Positions 1 to 10,517 of a DNA stretch of 64,000 nucleotides are shown piece by piece. Both the position numbers and the translations under genes were made by a program. This DNA is from an uncultured Gemmatimonadales bacterium (GTDB taxonomy: Bacteria > Gemmatimonadota > Gemmatimonadetes > Gemmatimonadales > Gemmatimonadaceae): contig CAWBZV010000005.1 in NCBI GenBank assembly GCA_963793305.1, positions 1,556,964 to 1,620,963 on the forward strand. The letters run 5' to 3'. Every line of letters begins with the position of its first letter. The first letter of the stretch is position 1. The notes under the pieces were generated by a model. The model was not told where the DNA came from, did no database searches, and saw only the letters and a program-made list of their open reading frames with translations.

Positions 1-1371
1 ACGACGCGCGCCGACGTCTTCACGGGAAACCAACAGACGAACCTCTACAAGGCGTACTACGGCCAGCGATTCGGCCCAGGGTTCGCCACGCAGGTCGGCG
101 CCTACCAGTTCAACAACACGGGCTCATTCGGCGGCGGCGGGAATCAATCGTCGATCATGCTCCGCTTGGGCTACGCCAACGGCCCATTCTCGATCGACGC
201 CTTCGGCAACCGCTACACGCGCGGCCGCGATCAGCTCCAATCCGGCGACCCAACGCTGCCGATCACGATCCTCCCGGACCTCGAATCGCAGCGCACTGAC
301 GCGTACTTCCGGGTCGGCTACGGCGACCCCGATCGCGGACGCCCGTGGCTCCAGGTGATCGCGGCCAGCATGTCGTTCAAGAATACGAGTCCGACCGCGT
401 CAGCCGTCACGCCGATCATCACGGACACGACCACCGTGTTTCCGACGACGACCGGCACGTCGGTCGACAGCGTGAACTCGGAGTCGCAGTATATCGCCTC
501 TGGCGGGTTCGTCTTCGCGGGGATTCGGTTCGAGGGGACCGACCGCCTTCGCGTCTTCTCGACCCACGCCAACTATAACTCGGCCGAGCTCCGCGCCAGC
601 TTCGACAACCCGATCTTGAGCGCGTCCGGCCTCGTCCAGCGCGACGCGTACAGCGAGGGCCGGCCCGACTCGGTCTTCACGAACCAGCTCTATCCGACGC
701 TCTACAACTCCTACGAGCTCACGGCGCGTTTCTCGCCGCTCCCGTTCTTGCGGCTCGTCGGCACCGCGAGCCGCGTGACGCCGCAAAATCTCCCAGCCGC
801 GCTCTCGCCAACGACGACGACGGCGCGGGCCGAGGCCGGGCTCAAGATCGGGGATGTCTGGGTCTCGGGCGGCATCATGACGCAGGACACCGCGATCGTC
901 CCGGCGCCGGTCGTCTACGACACCACCATGAAGACCGCGACGTACGGCCGGACGACGGCCTACATTGGCTCGATCCGCGGGCGGCTCTGGAAGCAGTTCT
1001 ACATCGATGCCAGCGGCATCGACTGGGACAAGACCGAACCGTATAGGCCGCGCTACGAAGGGCACGCCGAGCTGTATTTCGCGACCGAGTGGCTGCACCG
1101 GTTCCCACGACACACGTTCGCGATCAAGTTTGGCACCTCGTTCGACTATCGGAGCTCGACGGTGTTTCCCGCGACCTCGGCGCCGAATCAGGCATTCTAT
1201 ACCGTCGCGGACAGCAGGGTGTACTCGATCCTGGCCGAGATCAGGATCTTGCAGGGCACTTTGAGCTGGCAGCTACGAAACGCGAACGGCTATCCTTATT
1301 ACCTTGTTCCCGGTTACCAGATGCCACGACAAGTCAACATCTATGGGCTCCGCTGGTCCTTCTGGAATTAG
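1..1371 (+). CDS. Outer-membrane beta-barrel protein (putative porin/TonB-dependent-receptor-like), 5'-partial
   Basis: Frame is open from base 1. Amphipathic beta-strand pattern throughout and an aromatic C-terminal beta-signal (GLRWSFWN). Confidence 0.65.
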   Translation, partial: TTRADVFTGNQQTNLYKAYYGQRFGPGFATQVGAYQFNNTGSFGGGGNQSSIMLRLGYANGPFSIDAFGNRYTRGRDQLQSGDPTLPITILPDLESQRTDAYFRVGYGDPDRGRPWLQVIAASMSFKNTSPTASAVTPIITDTTTVFPTTTGTSVDSVNSESQYIASGGFVFAGIRFEGTDRLRVFSTHANYNSAELRASFDNPILSASGLVQRDAYSEGRPDSVFTNQLYPTLYNSYELTARFSPLPFLRLVGTASRVTPQNLPAALSPTTTTARAEAGLKIGDVWVSGGIMTQDTAIVPAPVVYDTTMKTATYGRTTAYIGSIRGRLWKQFYIDASGIDWDKTEPYRPRYEGHAELYFATEWLHRFPRHTFAIKFGTSFDYRSSTVFPATSAPNQAFYTVADSRVYSILAEIRILQGTLSWQLRNANGYPYYLVPGYQMPRQVNIYGLRWSFWN

Positions 1372-1375
1372 GAGC

Positions 1376-2242
1376 ATGACCGGGTTTGGCGCGGCGGACG
1401 GCACGGTCGGAAAAGTCCGCGTGAGCGTCGAGGTGCGAACCGTCAATCACCGGTTCTTCAACCCGTCGATCAAGCTTCCTCCCGCGTTCTCACTGTGGGA
1501 GGGGGATGTGCGCGAGGCCCTTCGCGTCGCGATCGCGCGTGGGCATGCGTCGCTCACCGTGCGCACTCACCGCGACGTCTCCGACTCCACGGCCGGTGTC
1601 GACGAGACCCGGTTCGCCGCGTATGCCGCCCACCTCAAGGCTCTGCGCGATCGATATGGCTTGGGCGGTGAGGTCGATGTGGCCACGATCCTCCGCATGC
1701 CCGATGTCCTGGTCTCCGCGGGCTCCGATCTCGACGAACCCGGCGGTTTCCCGGACGAACTATTGGCAGTCCTGGGCCGTGCGCTCGCTGCCCTCACGAG
1801 TATGCGTAGCGCCGAAGGCGCACGTATAGAAGAATTTCTGAGAACGAGGATTACGACGATCGAGGCGGCCGTGGGGCGGTTGGAGCAGAGAGCGCCCGAG
1901 AGGGTGGTTGAGCAGCGGGACCGGCTCAAGGCCGCGATTCAGGAATTGACCGACGGGATAGCGCTGGATCCGCAGCGGGTGGCGCAGGAGATTGCCGTCC
2001 TGGCCGACCGCCTCGATGTCAGCGAGGAACTCGACCGCTTTCGAGCGCATATTGCTGCCTTTCGCGACGCACTCGACGGAGGCAGCGAAGTGGGGAAGCG
2101 CCTCGGATTCCTGGCCCAGGAGCTCCTGCGGGAGGCCAACACCACCGGGAGCAAGGCCAATGACGCGGCCATGATGCACGACGTCGTACAGATCAAAGAG
2201 GAGCTCGAGAAGATCCGGGAACAGGTGGATAACTTAGAATGA
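1376..2242 (+). CDS. yicC: YicC/YloC family endoribonuclease
   Basis: SMTGFG N-terminus, VSEELDRF, GKRLGFLAQELLREANTTGSK and EKIREQVDNLE motifs; sits upstream of gmk. Confidence 0.93.
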   Translation: MTGFGAADGTVGKVRVSVEVRTVNHRFFNPSIKLPPAFSLWEGDVREALRVAIARGHASLTVRTHRDVSDSTAGVDETRFAAYAAHLKALRDRYGLGGEVDVATILRMPDVLVSAGSDLDEPGGFPDELLAVLGRALAALTSMRSAEGARIEEFLRTRITTIEAAVGRLEQRAPERVVEQRDRLKAAIQELTDGIALDPQRVAQEIAVLADRLDVSEELDRFRAHIAAFRDALDGGSEVGKRLGFLAQELLREANTTGSKANDAAMMHDVVQIKEELEKIREQVDNLE

Positions 2243-2249
2243 CGCCGAC

Positions 2250-2894
2250 GTGAACCCGTTCCCGATCATCCTGTCGTCACCCTCCGGTGGAGGGAAAACG
2301 ACGATCCGTAAGGAGCTCATAGCCTTACGCCCGGACGTCGGATACTCCGTCTCAGCCACCACCCGGCGGCCGAGGGCAGCGGAGGTCGACGGGCGCGATT
2401 ACTATTTCTTGACCGTCGGCGAGTTCATAGCCAGCCAGGATCGCGGCGAATTCGCCGAGTCGGCGGAGGTGCACGGCAAGCTCTACGGGACGCTCCGGCG
2501 CGAGGTTGATCGCGTGCTGCAAGGCGGGCGTCACGTGATCATGGACATCGACGTCCAAGGCGCGGCGCAGTTCGTCCAGTCGTACCCGGCGTCGGTGTTG
2601 ATCTTTTTGTTGCCGCCGTCGGCGGACGTATTGTTGACGCGGCTCGTGGCGCGAAAGACGGAAGACCGGTCGGATCTCGTCGTCCGGTTGAACGATGCGC
2701 GGCGGGAGTTGATGGCGGTGGGGCAGTACCAGTACGTCGTCGTGAACGGCGACCTCGCGCGGGCGGTCCGTGATGTCTCGGCGATCATCGACGCCGAGTC
2801 GGCCCGGCCGTCGCGGCTGGCGACGCTCGATGAGCACGTGCACGGCTTGATCAATGGACTGGAAAACGAAATCACACGCTTAGGCGGAGTCTAG
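2250..2894 (+). CDS. gmk: Guanylate kinase
   Basis: SSPSGGGKTT P-loop, SATTRRPR, YGT and DIDVQGA motifs. Confidence 0.96.
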   Translation: MNPFPIILSSPSGGGKTTIRKELIALRPDVGYSVSATTRRPRAAEVDGRDYYFLTVGEFIASQDRGEFAESAEVHGKLYGTLRREVDRVLQGGRHVIMDIDVQGAAQFVQSYPASVLIFLLPPSADVLLTRLVARKTEDRSDLVVRLNDARRELMAVGQYQYVVVNGDLARAVRDVSAIIDAESARPSRLATLDEHVHGLINGLENEITRLGGV

Positions 2895-2896
2895 AT

Positions 2897-3106
2897 ATGC
2901 GGGTATTCACACCAGGGGAAGTGGCGCAGCACGCGACGAACAAGTACCTCGGCGTCCTCGTGGCGGCGAAGTACGCGCGCGGGCTCAACGAGTTTCCGCG
3001 CGATCGGTCATTGATGCGCGAGAAGAAGCTGACGACGCGCGCACTCGAAGAGCTGGCGACCGGCACGATCGAGTATCGCGTCGTGCCACGGCGCCGCCCC
3101 GACTAA
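2897..3106 (+). CDS. rpoZ: RNA polymerase omega subunit
   Basis: NKYLGVLVAAKYAR and KLTTRALEEL motifs; gmk-rpoZ-coaBC synteny. Confidence 0.88.
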   Translation: MRVFTPGEVAQHATNKYLGVLVAAKYARGLNEFPRDRSLMREKKLTTRALEELATGTIEYRVVPRRRPD

Positions 3107-3132
3107 CGGTTGCCGTCGGGGGCGGCCCCGCC

Positions 3133-4341
3133 GTGCGGCCATTTGCGCAACGCCGGGTATTACTCGGCGTCACGGGGGGCATCGCGTGCTACAAGTCCGT
3201 CGCCCTCGCGCGTGCGCTGACACAGGCCGGCGCCGAAGTCGACGTGGTCCAAACGCGATCGGCGCAGGACTTCGTCGGCCCGGTCACGTTCGAGGCGGTC
3301 ACCGGTCGACCCGTCTCGACCCATTTGATCGCCGCCGGTCACGCGCTCGACCACATCAAGTTGGCCCGCTCCGCCCACGCGATCGTCGTCGCGCCGGCCA
3401 CGGCCGATTTTCTGGCGCGCTCGGGCCAAGGCCGTGCCGATGACTTGCTGACGGCGATCCTGCTAGCCGCCGATGCGCCGGTGCTGCTCGTGCCGGCGAT
3501 GAATGATCGCATGTGGTCGCATCCGCAGACGACGCTCAACGTCGCGCATCTGCGCTCACTGGGTTATCGGGTACTCGACCCCGACGTTGGGCCGCTGGCT
3601 GTTGGCGAGGGCTCCGGGCCCGGTCGCATGCCGGAGCCTGAGACGATCTTCGCCCACATCGGCCGCCTCCTCGATGCGGACGGGGTGTTGCGCGGTCGGC
3701 GCATCGTTGTCACCGCAGGCGCTACGCGCGAGCCCATCGACCCGGTCCGATTTATCTCGAATCGCAGCAGCGGAAAAATGGGGGTCGCTCTTGCCGCCGC
3801 GGCGTGGCGCCGAGGCGCCGACGTCACGCTGATCGCTGGTCCTCTCTCGGTCGAGCCACCCGTCGGCGTGACGGTGATAAACATCGAGACGGCGAGCGAG
3901 ATGCGCGATGCGGTCGCGGCGCATCTGCGCGATGCCGATGTGCTGATCATGGCCGCGGCTCCCGCTGATTTTCGGCCGGTGACGGTCGCCGAGCAGAAAA
4001 TCAAGAAATCATCCGCGCCCGCTTCGATCGCGCTCGAGCCAACCGACGATATCCTGGTCAGCACGCAAGCGCTCAGACATCCAGCGGCGATCGTCGTTGG
4101 TTTTGCGCTCGAGACCGAGGCGGCGATCGCGGGCGGGCGGGAGAAACTGCGGCGCAAGTCGTTGGATCTCGTCGTCGTCAACGACGCCACGGAGCCCGGC
4201 GCCGGGTTCGGCGTCGACACGAACCGCGTCACGTTGGTATTCGGCAATGGCACGCCCGACGAGGCGCTCCCGCTGCTGGCGAAATCCGAAGTGGCCGACG
4301 CCATTCTCGATCGAATCGAAGGGTTGCTGCGTGCCCGATAA
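3133..4341 (+). CDS. coaBC: Bifunctional phosphopantothenoylcysteine decarboxylase/synthetase
   Basis: [41 protein letters not shown] and VGFALET motifs. Confidence 0.96.
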   Translation: MRPFAQRRVLLGVTGGIACYKSVALARALTQAGAEVDVVQTRSAQDFVGPVTFEAVTGRPVSTHLIAAGHALDHIKLARSAHAIVVAPATADFLARSGQGRADDLLTAILLAADAPVLLVPAMNDRMWSHPQTTLNVAHLRSLGYRVLDPDVGPLAVGEGSGPGRMPEPETIFAHIGRLLDADGVLRGRRIVVTAGATREPIDPVRFISNRSSGKMGVALAAAAWRRGADVTLIAGPLSVEPPVGVTVINIETASEMRDAVAAHLRDADVLIMAAAPADFRPVTVAEQKIKKSSAPASIALEPTDDILVSTQALRHPAAIVVGFALETEAAIAGGREKLRRKSLDLVVVNDATEPGAGFGVDTNRVTLVFGNGTPDEALPLLAKSEVADAILDRIEGLLRAR

Positions 4342-5167
4342 CACATCGGATCTCCTGCGCCGGTATCTCGAGCAGCGCCGCGAGGCTGGCGAGCGCGAGC
4401 TCGTCCTCGACGACCTGAAGGTCGAGGACGTGATGCGCATCGTCGGAGCCAAAAATTGGCTGAATGCCGCGCCCGCACCCCCGCCCGCACCCCCGGAGGC
4501 CGTCGTCGAACCGCCGCCACCAGTGATCGCCGATGCGGGCAGCTTGGCCCCGATCGTCGTAGGGAAGGCCGGCGCCGACCTTTTTGGCGGGCCGTTCGCG
4601 AGTCTCGATAGCTTAGAGGCCGTCGCCGCGCACGCGACAGCGTGCAAGCGGTGTGCGTTGTGGTCGACCGCGACGAAGTGTGTCCCAGGCGAGGGGAGCC
4701 CGAACGCGCAGCTCGTGTGCGTCGGCGAGGCCCCAGGCGAGCAAGAAGATCTGTCGGGCCGGCCGTTTGTGGGCAAGGCCGGGCAGTTGCTGACCAAGAT
4801 TCTGGCGGCGATTGATCTCAAACGCGAAGATGTCTTCATCTGCAACGTTTTGAAACACCGGCCGCCACTGAACCGGAATCCCTTGCCGGACGAGGTCACG
4901 GCCTGCAGCCCATATCTCGTGCGCCAGATCGAGCTGATCCGCCCGCGCGTGATTCTGGCGTTTGGGACGTTCGCCGCGCAAACGCTCCTGGAAACGAAGT
5001 TGTCCATCGGCAAACTGCGTGGTACTCTGCACCAGTACTACGGAGTGCCGCTGATCGTCACGTACCACCCCGCCGCGCTCCTGCGCAATCCTGCCTGGAA
5101 GCGCCCCACCTGGGACGACGTCCAACATGCCCGCCGGATCCTCGATCGCACCGGTGACGGAGCGTGA
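4331..5167 (+). CDS. Family-4 uracil-DNA glycosylase (Fe-S)
   Basis: CKRC, GEAPGEQED, PFVGKAG and TYHPAALLR motifs. GTG start at 4331 inferred. Confidence 0.92.
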   Translation: MPDNTSDLLRRYLEQRREAGERELVLDDLKVEDVMRIVGAKNWLNAAPAPPPAPPEAVVEPPPPVIADAGSLAPIVVGKAGADLFGGPFASLDSLEAVAAHATACKRCALWSTATKCVPGEGSPNAQLVCVGEAPGEQEDLSGRPFVGKAGQLLTKILAAIDLKREDVFICNVLKHRPPLNRNPLPDEVTACSPYLVRQIELIRPRVILAFGTFAAQTLLETKLSIGKLRGTLHQYYGVPLIVTYHPAALLRNPAWKRPTWDDVQHARRILDRTGDGA

Positions 5168-6516
5168 CCCGGTCGCCGACCGGCACCCCCCGTACTCCCT
5201 GGATGCGGAACGAGCGGTGCTGGCGGCGATGATGATGGAATCGGACGCGATCATGCGCGCGTCCGAGCTGTTGGATGACACCATGTTCTATCAGGAAAGC
5301 CACCGTCGCCTGTACCGCGCGATGGTCGCGATCGTCGAGCGCGGCGCCGTGGTCGATCCGTTCACGCTCGGCGACGAGCTCGAACGCCGCGATGAGCTCA
5401 AGGCCAGCGGCGGCAAAGAGTACATCGCGGAGCTGATCGACTACATCCCGACGGCGGCGAACATCGAGTATCACGCGCGCATCGTCAAGGAAAAGGCGAT
5501 GCTGCGCCGCCTGATCGAGGTGTCGGAGACGATCGCCCGGGAGGCCTACAACGGCCACGTGGGCGCCGCCGATCTCCTCGATGAGGCGGAGCACCGCGTG
5601 CTCCAGCTCAGCCAGAGCCGTGGCACGACCGGTTTCTTTCGCATTAAGGAGCTCGTCTGGCCCGCCATCGAGCGCATCGAGGAGCAACAAAAGCTCGGCG
5701 GAGCCCTCACGGGGATCTCGTCCGGATTCGCGGACCTGGACTCTTTGACGGCCGGCTTCCAACGCTCCGACCTGATTATTCTCGCGGCGAGACCGGCGAT
5801 GGGAAAGTCGTCGCTCGTGCTCAACATCACGCAACACATCGGCATCGAGAAGAACATGGCCGTCGCGTTCTTCTCGTTGGAGATGAGCAAAGACTCGATC
5901 GTGCAGCGGTTATTGACCAGCGAGGCGCGGATCGACGCCCAGCTCGTGCGCAAGTCGATGCTCAACAACGAGCACTATGCCCGACTGGCCCGCGCGGCGG
6001 GCGTCCTGAGCCCCGCGCCGATCTTCATCGATGACTCCGCCGGGATCATCGCTCCTGGAGATGCGCTCGCGCGCGCGGCGCCTCAAGGTCGACAACGACA
6101 TCAAGCTGATCGTCGTCGACTACCTGCAGCTGATCCGCGGCCCGTCCGCCGAAAACCGCCAGCAGGAGATCAGCGAGATCTCGCGGTCGCTCAAGGGGCT
6201 CGCCAAGGAGCTCGACGTGCCGGTCATTGCGCTCTCCCAGCTCTCCCGCGCGCCCGAGCAGCGCGGGGCGGAGGGGAAGCGCCCGCAGCTTTCCGACCTC
6301 CGCGAGTCCGGCGCGATCGAGCAGGACGCCGACCTGGTGTTGTTCATCTATCGCCCCGAGGTCTACGGCGTACTCAAGGACGAGGCCGGGAACTCACTGG
6401 AGGGGACGGCCGAGCTGATCATCGGCAAGCAACGCAATGGGCCGATCGGTACGGTGAATTTGTACTTCCGCAAGAGTTTCACCACGTTCGAAAGCAAGAC
6501 CGCTCGTGAGCAGTAA
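5154..6516 (+). CDS. dnaB: Replicative DNA helicase, with one apparent +1 frameshift near 6048
   Basis: AARPAMGKS and FSLEM in the first frame; [13 protein letters not shown] and [13 protein letters not shown] in the second. Removing one base near 6048 restores GISLLEMRS. Confidence 0.93.
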
Positions 6517-7861
6517 GATCAAGACTGTCTATCGCTGCAGCGAGTGCGGCGCCGAGAGCGCCAAGTGGGGCGGCCGATGCGATGCCTGCGGCGAGTGGAA
6601 TACGCTGGCCGAGGAACCCGTCGGTACGAAACCCGTTCGCCGACAGAGTGGCATGGCCCGCGTGGCCCGCCCACTCCATGAGGTCACCGCAGCTCAGACT
6701 GAGCGATGGACCACGGGGCTCGACGAATTCGATTTCGTGCTCGGCGGCGGCATTGTTCCGGGCTCCATGGTTTTGGTCGGTGGCGAGCCGGGCATAGGAA
6801 AATCGACGCTGCTGCTCCAAGTCGCTGCCCGACTCACCGAGCGCGGCCGATCGGTTCTCTATATGTCTGGCGAGGAGTCTCCACCCCAAGTCAAATTGCG
6901 CGCCGATCGCTTGGGCGGAGCCGCGCATGATGTCCGCATGGTCGCCGAGACGAGCTTGGAGAATGTGCTGGCCACCGCGCGCGAAGATCCGGGTGGAGTG
7001 CTCATTATCGATTCGATCCAGACGCTGTATTCGTCCGATCTCGAGGGCGCACCGGGCAATGTCGGTCAAGTGAGAGAATGCGCCGCGCGTCTCATGCGAT
7101 TCGCGAAAGAGAGTGGAACGGCGGTTGTCGTGGTGGGCCACGTGACGAAGGGTGGGGGAATCGCGGGCCCCAAGACGCTCGAACATATCGTCGACACGGT
7201 CTTGTATTTCGAGGGCGAGACCACCCTCGACCACCGTATCCTGCGCGCCACGAAGAACCGCTTCGGCGGCGTCGATGAGATCGGCGTGTTCCGCATGACC
7301 GAAGCGGGACTGTCCGGTGTCGCGAACCCGTCGGAGCTCTTTCTCGGCGACCGCCAGTCGAGCGCTTCGGGCACCGCGGTCACGGCGCTCATCGAGGGTA
7401 CGCGCCCGGTACTGATCGAGATCCAGGCGCTTGCCGCAAAAGCGGGATTCGGCACGCCGCAGCGGGTGTCGACCGGCTTGGATGGCCGCCGCTTGGCGCT
7501 GCTCCTCGCGGTCCTCGATAAACGCGCCGGCCTGTCGTTCGCGATGCTCGACGTATTCGTGAACGTGGTCGGCGGGATGCGCTTGATCGAGCCGGCCGGC
7601 GACCTTGCCGTCGCCGCGGCGCTGGCGTCGAGCGTCTACGACCGATCCCTTCCGAGCGATGCGATTTTCATTGGCGAGGTCGGACTCGGCGGCGAAGTCC
7701 GGCCCGTGTCGCAGATCGAACGCCGGATGGCCGAGGCGGTGAAGATGGGATGCACGCGCGCCTTCGTCGCCGAGCGCGCGGTCCCGTCTCGTAGCGTTTC
7801 GGGGATCACCGCGATCGGCGTCCCGACGATTCACGTCCTCTTCCAGCGTCTCTTCGCGTGA
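6506..7861 (+). CDS. radA: DNA repair protein RadA/Sms
   Basis: C4 zinc finger, GEPGIGKST Walker A and KNRFG motif. Confidence 0.97.
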   Translation: MSSKIKTVYRCSECGAESAKWGGRCDACGEWNTLAEEPVGTKPVRRQSGMARVARPLHEVTAAQTERWTTGLDEFDFVLGGGIVPGSMVLVGGEPGIGKSTLLLQVAARLTERGRSVLYMSGEESPPQVKLRADRLGGAAHDVRMVAETSLENVLATAREDPGGVLIIDSIQTLYSSDLEGAPGNVGQVRECAARLMRFAKESGTAVVVVGHVTKGGGIAGPKTLEHIVDTVLYFEGETTLDHRILRATKNRFGGVDEIGVFRMTEAGLSGVANPSELFLGDRQSSASGTAVTALIEGTRPVLIEIQALAAKAGFGTPQRVSTGLDGRRLALLLAVLDKRAGLSFAMLDVFVNVVGGMRLIEPAGDLAVAAALASSVYDRSLPSDAIFIGEVGLGGEVRPVSQIERRMAEAVKMGCTRAFVAERAVPSRSVSGITAIGVPTIHVLFQRLFA

Positions 7862-8547
7862 CACGAGATGTCGGGGTGGTGATTGTCGCGGCTGGAACCG
7901 GCTCGCGCGTGGGCGGCGCGGAGCTCAAGCAATTCCGTTGGGTCGCCGGCAAGCCGATGCTGCTGCACAGCGTGCAGCTCTTTCAAGCACGCGACGACGT
8001 CGCGATGGTCGTCTGCGTGCTCCCGCGCGCGATCATTGGCGACCCGCCGCCGTGGCTCTTTCAGTCGGATTCGGATCGCCTGTTGCTCTCAGTCGGCGGC
8101 GCCACGCGTCAGGACTCCGTGTCGAACGGCCTCGAAGATCTTCCCTCTGGCCTCAGCGTCATCGTCGTACACGACGCGGCTCGACCGCTCGTCCCCGATA
8201 GTGTCGTCTCTCGCGTCATCGCCGAGGCGCGAAAGGGTCAAGCCGCTATCGCTGCACTCCCCGTTGTCGACACCCTCAAGGAAGTCGACGCCGAGGGGCG
8301 AATAGTTCGCACCGTGCCGCGCGAGCGGCTCTGGCGCGCGCAAACTCCCCAAGCATTCCCGCGTGGTGTCCTTGTGCAAGCCCACGCGGCCGCTCGTGCG
8401 AGGGGGCTCAAAGCAACCGATGACGCCGCGCTCTGCGAAGCCCTCGGCATTCCGGTAGTAGTAGTACGCGGTAGTGAACGTGCTATGAAGGTGACAGAAG
8501 AATCCGATTTCGCTCGTGCCGACGCGCTGAGCCAACTCAGTGAGTGA
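7858..8547 (+). CDS. ispD: 2-C-methyl-D-erythritol 4-phosphate cytidylyltransferase
   Basis: AAGTGSR, RQDSV, HDAARP, QTPQ and TDD motifs. Confidence 0.95.
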   Translation: MTRDVGVVIVAAGTGSRVGGAELKQFRWVAGKPMLLHSVQLFQARDDVAMVVCVLPRAIIGDPPPWLFQSDSDRLLLSVGGATRQDSVSNGLEDLPSGLSVIVVHDAARPLVPDSVVSRVIAEARKGQAAIAALPVVDTLKEVDAEGRIVRTVPRERLWRAQTPQAFPRGVLVQAHAAARARGLKATDDAALCEALGIPVVVVRGSERAMKVTEESDFARADALSQLSE

Positions 8548-9208
8548 GCCTCGTGCCGTGCCATTCTGGTCGCCCGAGGAGATCGAGGCGTCACTCGCGG
8601 GAACGATCGCGCACCTCGGCGCGGGCGGGATCATCGCCTATCCCACGGAGACCGTCTACGGGTTCGGCGGTCTCGCCGATCAAGCGGGCGTCGACGCGCT
8701 CGTACGACTCAAGGGCCGCGCGCCGGGCAAACCCTTCCTGCTGCTGATCAGCGGCAGCGACATGATCAAGCGCCTCGGCTTGCGACTCACCCAGCCCGCC
8801 TCCGCGCTCGCGGCCCGACACTGGCCGGGACCGCTCACGCTGGTCTTGCCGGGCGGCGAGCACCGGGTGCCCGATCGCCTTCGCGGCCCCGAAGGCGGCG
8901 TCGCTGTGCGATGGACGCCGCACCCGGGTCTCACTCGCCTCATCGCCGCGATCGGCGAGCCGATCACGTCGACGAGCGCGAACCGCCCGGGGGTTCCCCC
9001 CGCCTCTTCGGCCGTCGAGATTGTAAGGGAGTGGAGCGACGCAATGGCGCGTGGCGCGCTCCGGGTGTTGGACGGCGGACACTTGCAGAGCTCTTTAGCC
9101 TCGACAGTGGTGGATTGTACGGGACGACATCCGCGGGTTATCCGTCCGGGCGCGATCGCGGCCGCGACGCTGCGGGAGAGCGTACCCGACTTGATTGGTG
9201 ACGCATGA
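8540..9208 (+). CDS. tsaC: L-threonylcarbamoyladenylate synthase (Sua5/YrdC)
   Basis: PTETVYG, KGR, WPGPLTLVL, STSAN and STVVD motifs. Confidence 0.93.
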   Translation: MSEPRAVPFWSPEEIEASLAGTIAHLGAGGIIAYPTETVYGFGGLADQAGVDALVRLKGRAPGKPFLLLISGSDMIKRLGLRLTQPASALAARHWPGPLTLVLPGGEHRVPDRLRGPEGGVAVRWTPHPGLTRLIAAIGEPITSTSANRPGVPPASSAVEIVREWSDAMARGALRVLDGGHLQSSLASTVVDCTGRHPRVIRPGAIAAATLRESVPDLIGDA

Positions 9209-9666
9209 AGATCCTGTTCGTGTGCACGGGCAACACGTGTCGGAGTCCCATGTCCGCGGCGATCGCTCGGCGCATCGCCAACGAGCGTGGGCTCGGGGAG
9301 AGCGTCATCGAGAGCGCCGGCACGAGCGCGTGGGACGGCCAGCCCGCGTCGGACGGCGCGCTGCTGGTGGGCTTGGAGCGCCAGCTCGATCTCAACGAGC
9401 ACCGATCCCGGACGATCACGCCCGCGCTCGTCGAATCCCAGGACCTGATTCTCACGATGGGGCCGCACCATCGCGACCAGGTCGAAAGCATGGGCGGCGC
9501 CGGCAAGACCTTTTTGCTCTCGTCGTATGCCTCGCACGGCGCCGACGACCGGCCGATCAGCGATCCGTTCGGCGGCGATCTGGAGACGTATCGCACGACG
9601 GCCGACGAGCTCGAGGCGGCTATCCGCAAGGTCATCGATCGCGTCGCCGCGGAGCGGGCTCGCTGA
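9205..9666 (+). CDS. Low-molecular-weight protein (arginine/tyrosine) phosphatase
   Basis: CTGNTCRS active-site loop plus SAG and DPFGG motifs. Confidence 0.92.
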   Translation: MKILFVCTGNTCRSPMSAAIARRIANERGLGESVIESAGTSAWDGQPASDGALLVGLERQLDLNEHRSRTITPALVESQDLILTMGPHHRDQVESMGGAGKTFLLSSYASHGADDRPISDPFGGDLETYRTTADELEAAIRKVIDRVAAERAR

Positions 9667-10517
9667 GAGCTCAGCCTCGCCGCTTGGTGTTGTTGGGCCA
9701 TCCCGTGGCCCATTCGCTCTCACCACGCTTTCAGTCCGCGGCCCTTCGCGCGGCTGGCCTCGATGTCGCGTACACCGCTCTCGATGTCACCCCGGACGCA
9801 CTGACGGAGACGCTGCGGCAACTGGTCACCGAAAGTGCCGCCGGCAACGTGACCGTTCCGCACAAGGAAAACGCGCTGCGACTCTGCGACCGCCTGACAC
9901 CAGTCGCCGAACGAGTCGGAGCCGTGAATACGTTCTGGGTCGACGGCGAAACCCTCGTGGGCGACAATACAGACGTTGGCGGCTTTGCCGCCGCGTGCAA
10001 TTCGTCTGTCGCACCCGGGGGGCGCGTCGCATTGTTCGGCGCGGGCGGCGCGGCCGCGGCGGTCTTGACGGCCATCGCCGAGTGGCCCGGGGTCAATGTC
10101 CGTATCTGGAATCGGGGAGCCGAGCGGGCCCGCCTGCTCGCGGCGCGGTTCGGCGCGCGGGCAGCGGTGACGCCAGAAGAGGCGTTGGACCGTTCGTCCC
10201 TCGTCGTGAATGCGACATCGATCGGACTGGACGGGGTATCGCAGCCGATCAATGTCGCACGCCTCCCACAGGGGGCCGACGTGATTGATCTCGTCTACGG
10301 CCCAAACGAGACCGCCTGGGTCCGCGCCGCTCGTGCCGCCGGCCACCGGGCGATGGATGGGCTCGGGATGCTGATCGAGCAGGGCGCCCTTGCCTTCGAG
10401 CGCTGGTTCGGTATGGCGCCCGATCGCGACGCTATGTGGCGTGCGGCGGCCCCGGATCGCAATAGATTTACCCGGTATCAAGTAACCGACCCGGAACCTC
10501 CACCCCCACCTCCGTGA
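9663..10517 (+). CDS. aroE: Shikimate dehydrogenase (start uncertain: CTG 9663 or TTG 9684)
   Basis: GHPVAHSLSP, NVTVPHK, GAVNT, GDNTD, GAGGAA and DGLGML motifs. Confidence 0.92.
   Translation: MRAQPRRLVLLGHPVAHSLSPRFQSAALRAAGLDVAYTALDVTPDALTETLRQLVTESAAGNVTVPHKENALRLCDRLTPVAERVGAVNTFWVDGETLVGDNTDVGGFAAACNSSVAPGGRVALFGAGGAAAAVLTAIAEWPGVNVRIWNRGAERARLLAARFGARAAVTPEEALDRSSLVVNATSIGLDGVSQPINVARLPQGADVIDLVYGPNETAWVRAARAAGHRAMDGLGMLIEQGALAFERWFGMAPDRDAMWRAAAPDRNRFTRYQVTDPEPPPPPP

Noticed and set aside
5154..6516. dnaB as a pseudogene, programmed frameshift or intein-split gene
   Set aside because: All motifs are intact, there is no slippery heptamer or intein-sized insertion, and one base restores the frame. 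An error is the simplest explanation.
6479..7864. Long antisense and alternate-frame ORFs (e.g. 6479-7864 -, 48087-50180 -, 59958-61187 -)
   Set aside because: Shadow ORFs of high-GC coding sequence: Arg/Pro/Gly-rich, no motifs, and fully overlapping clear genes.
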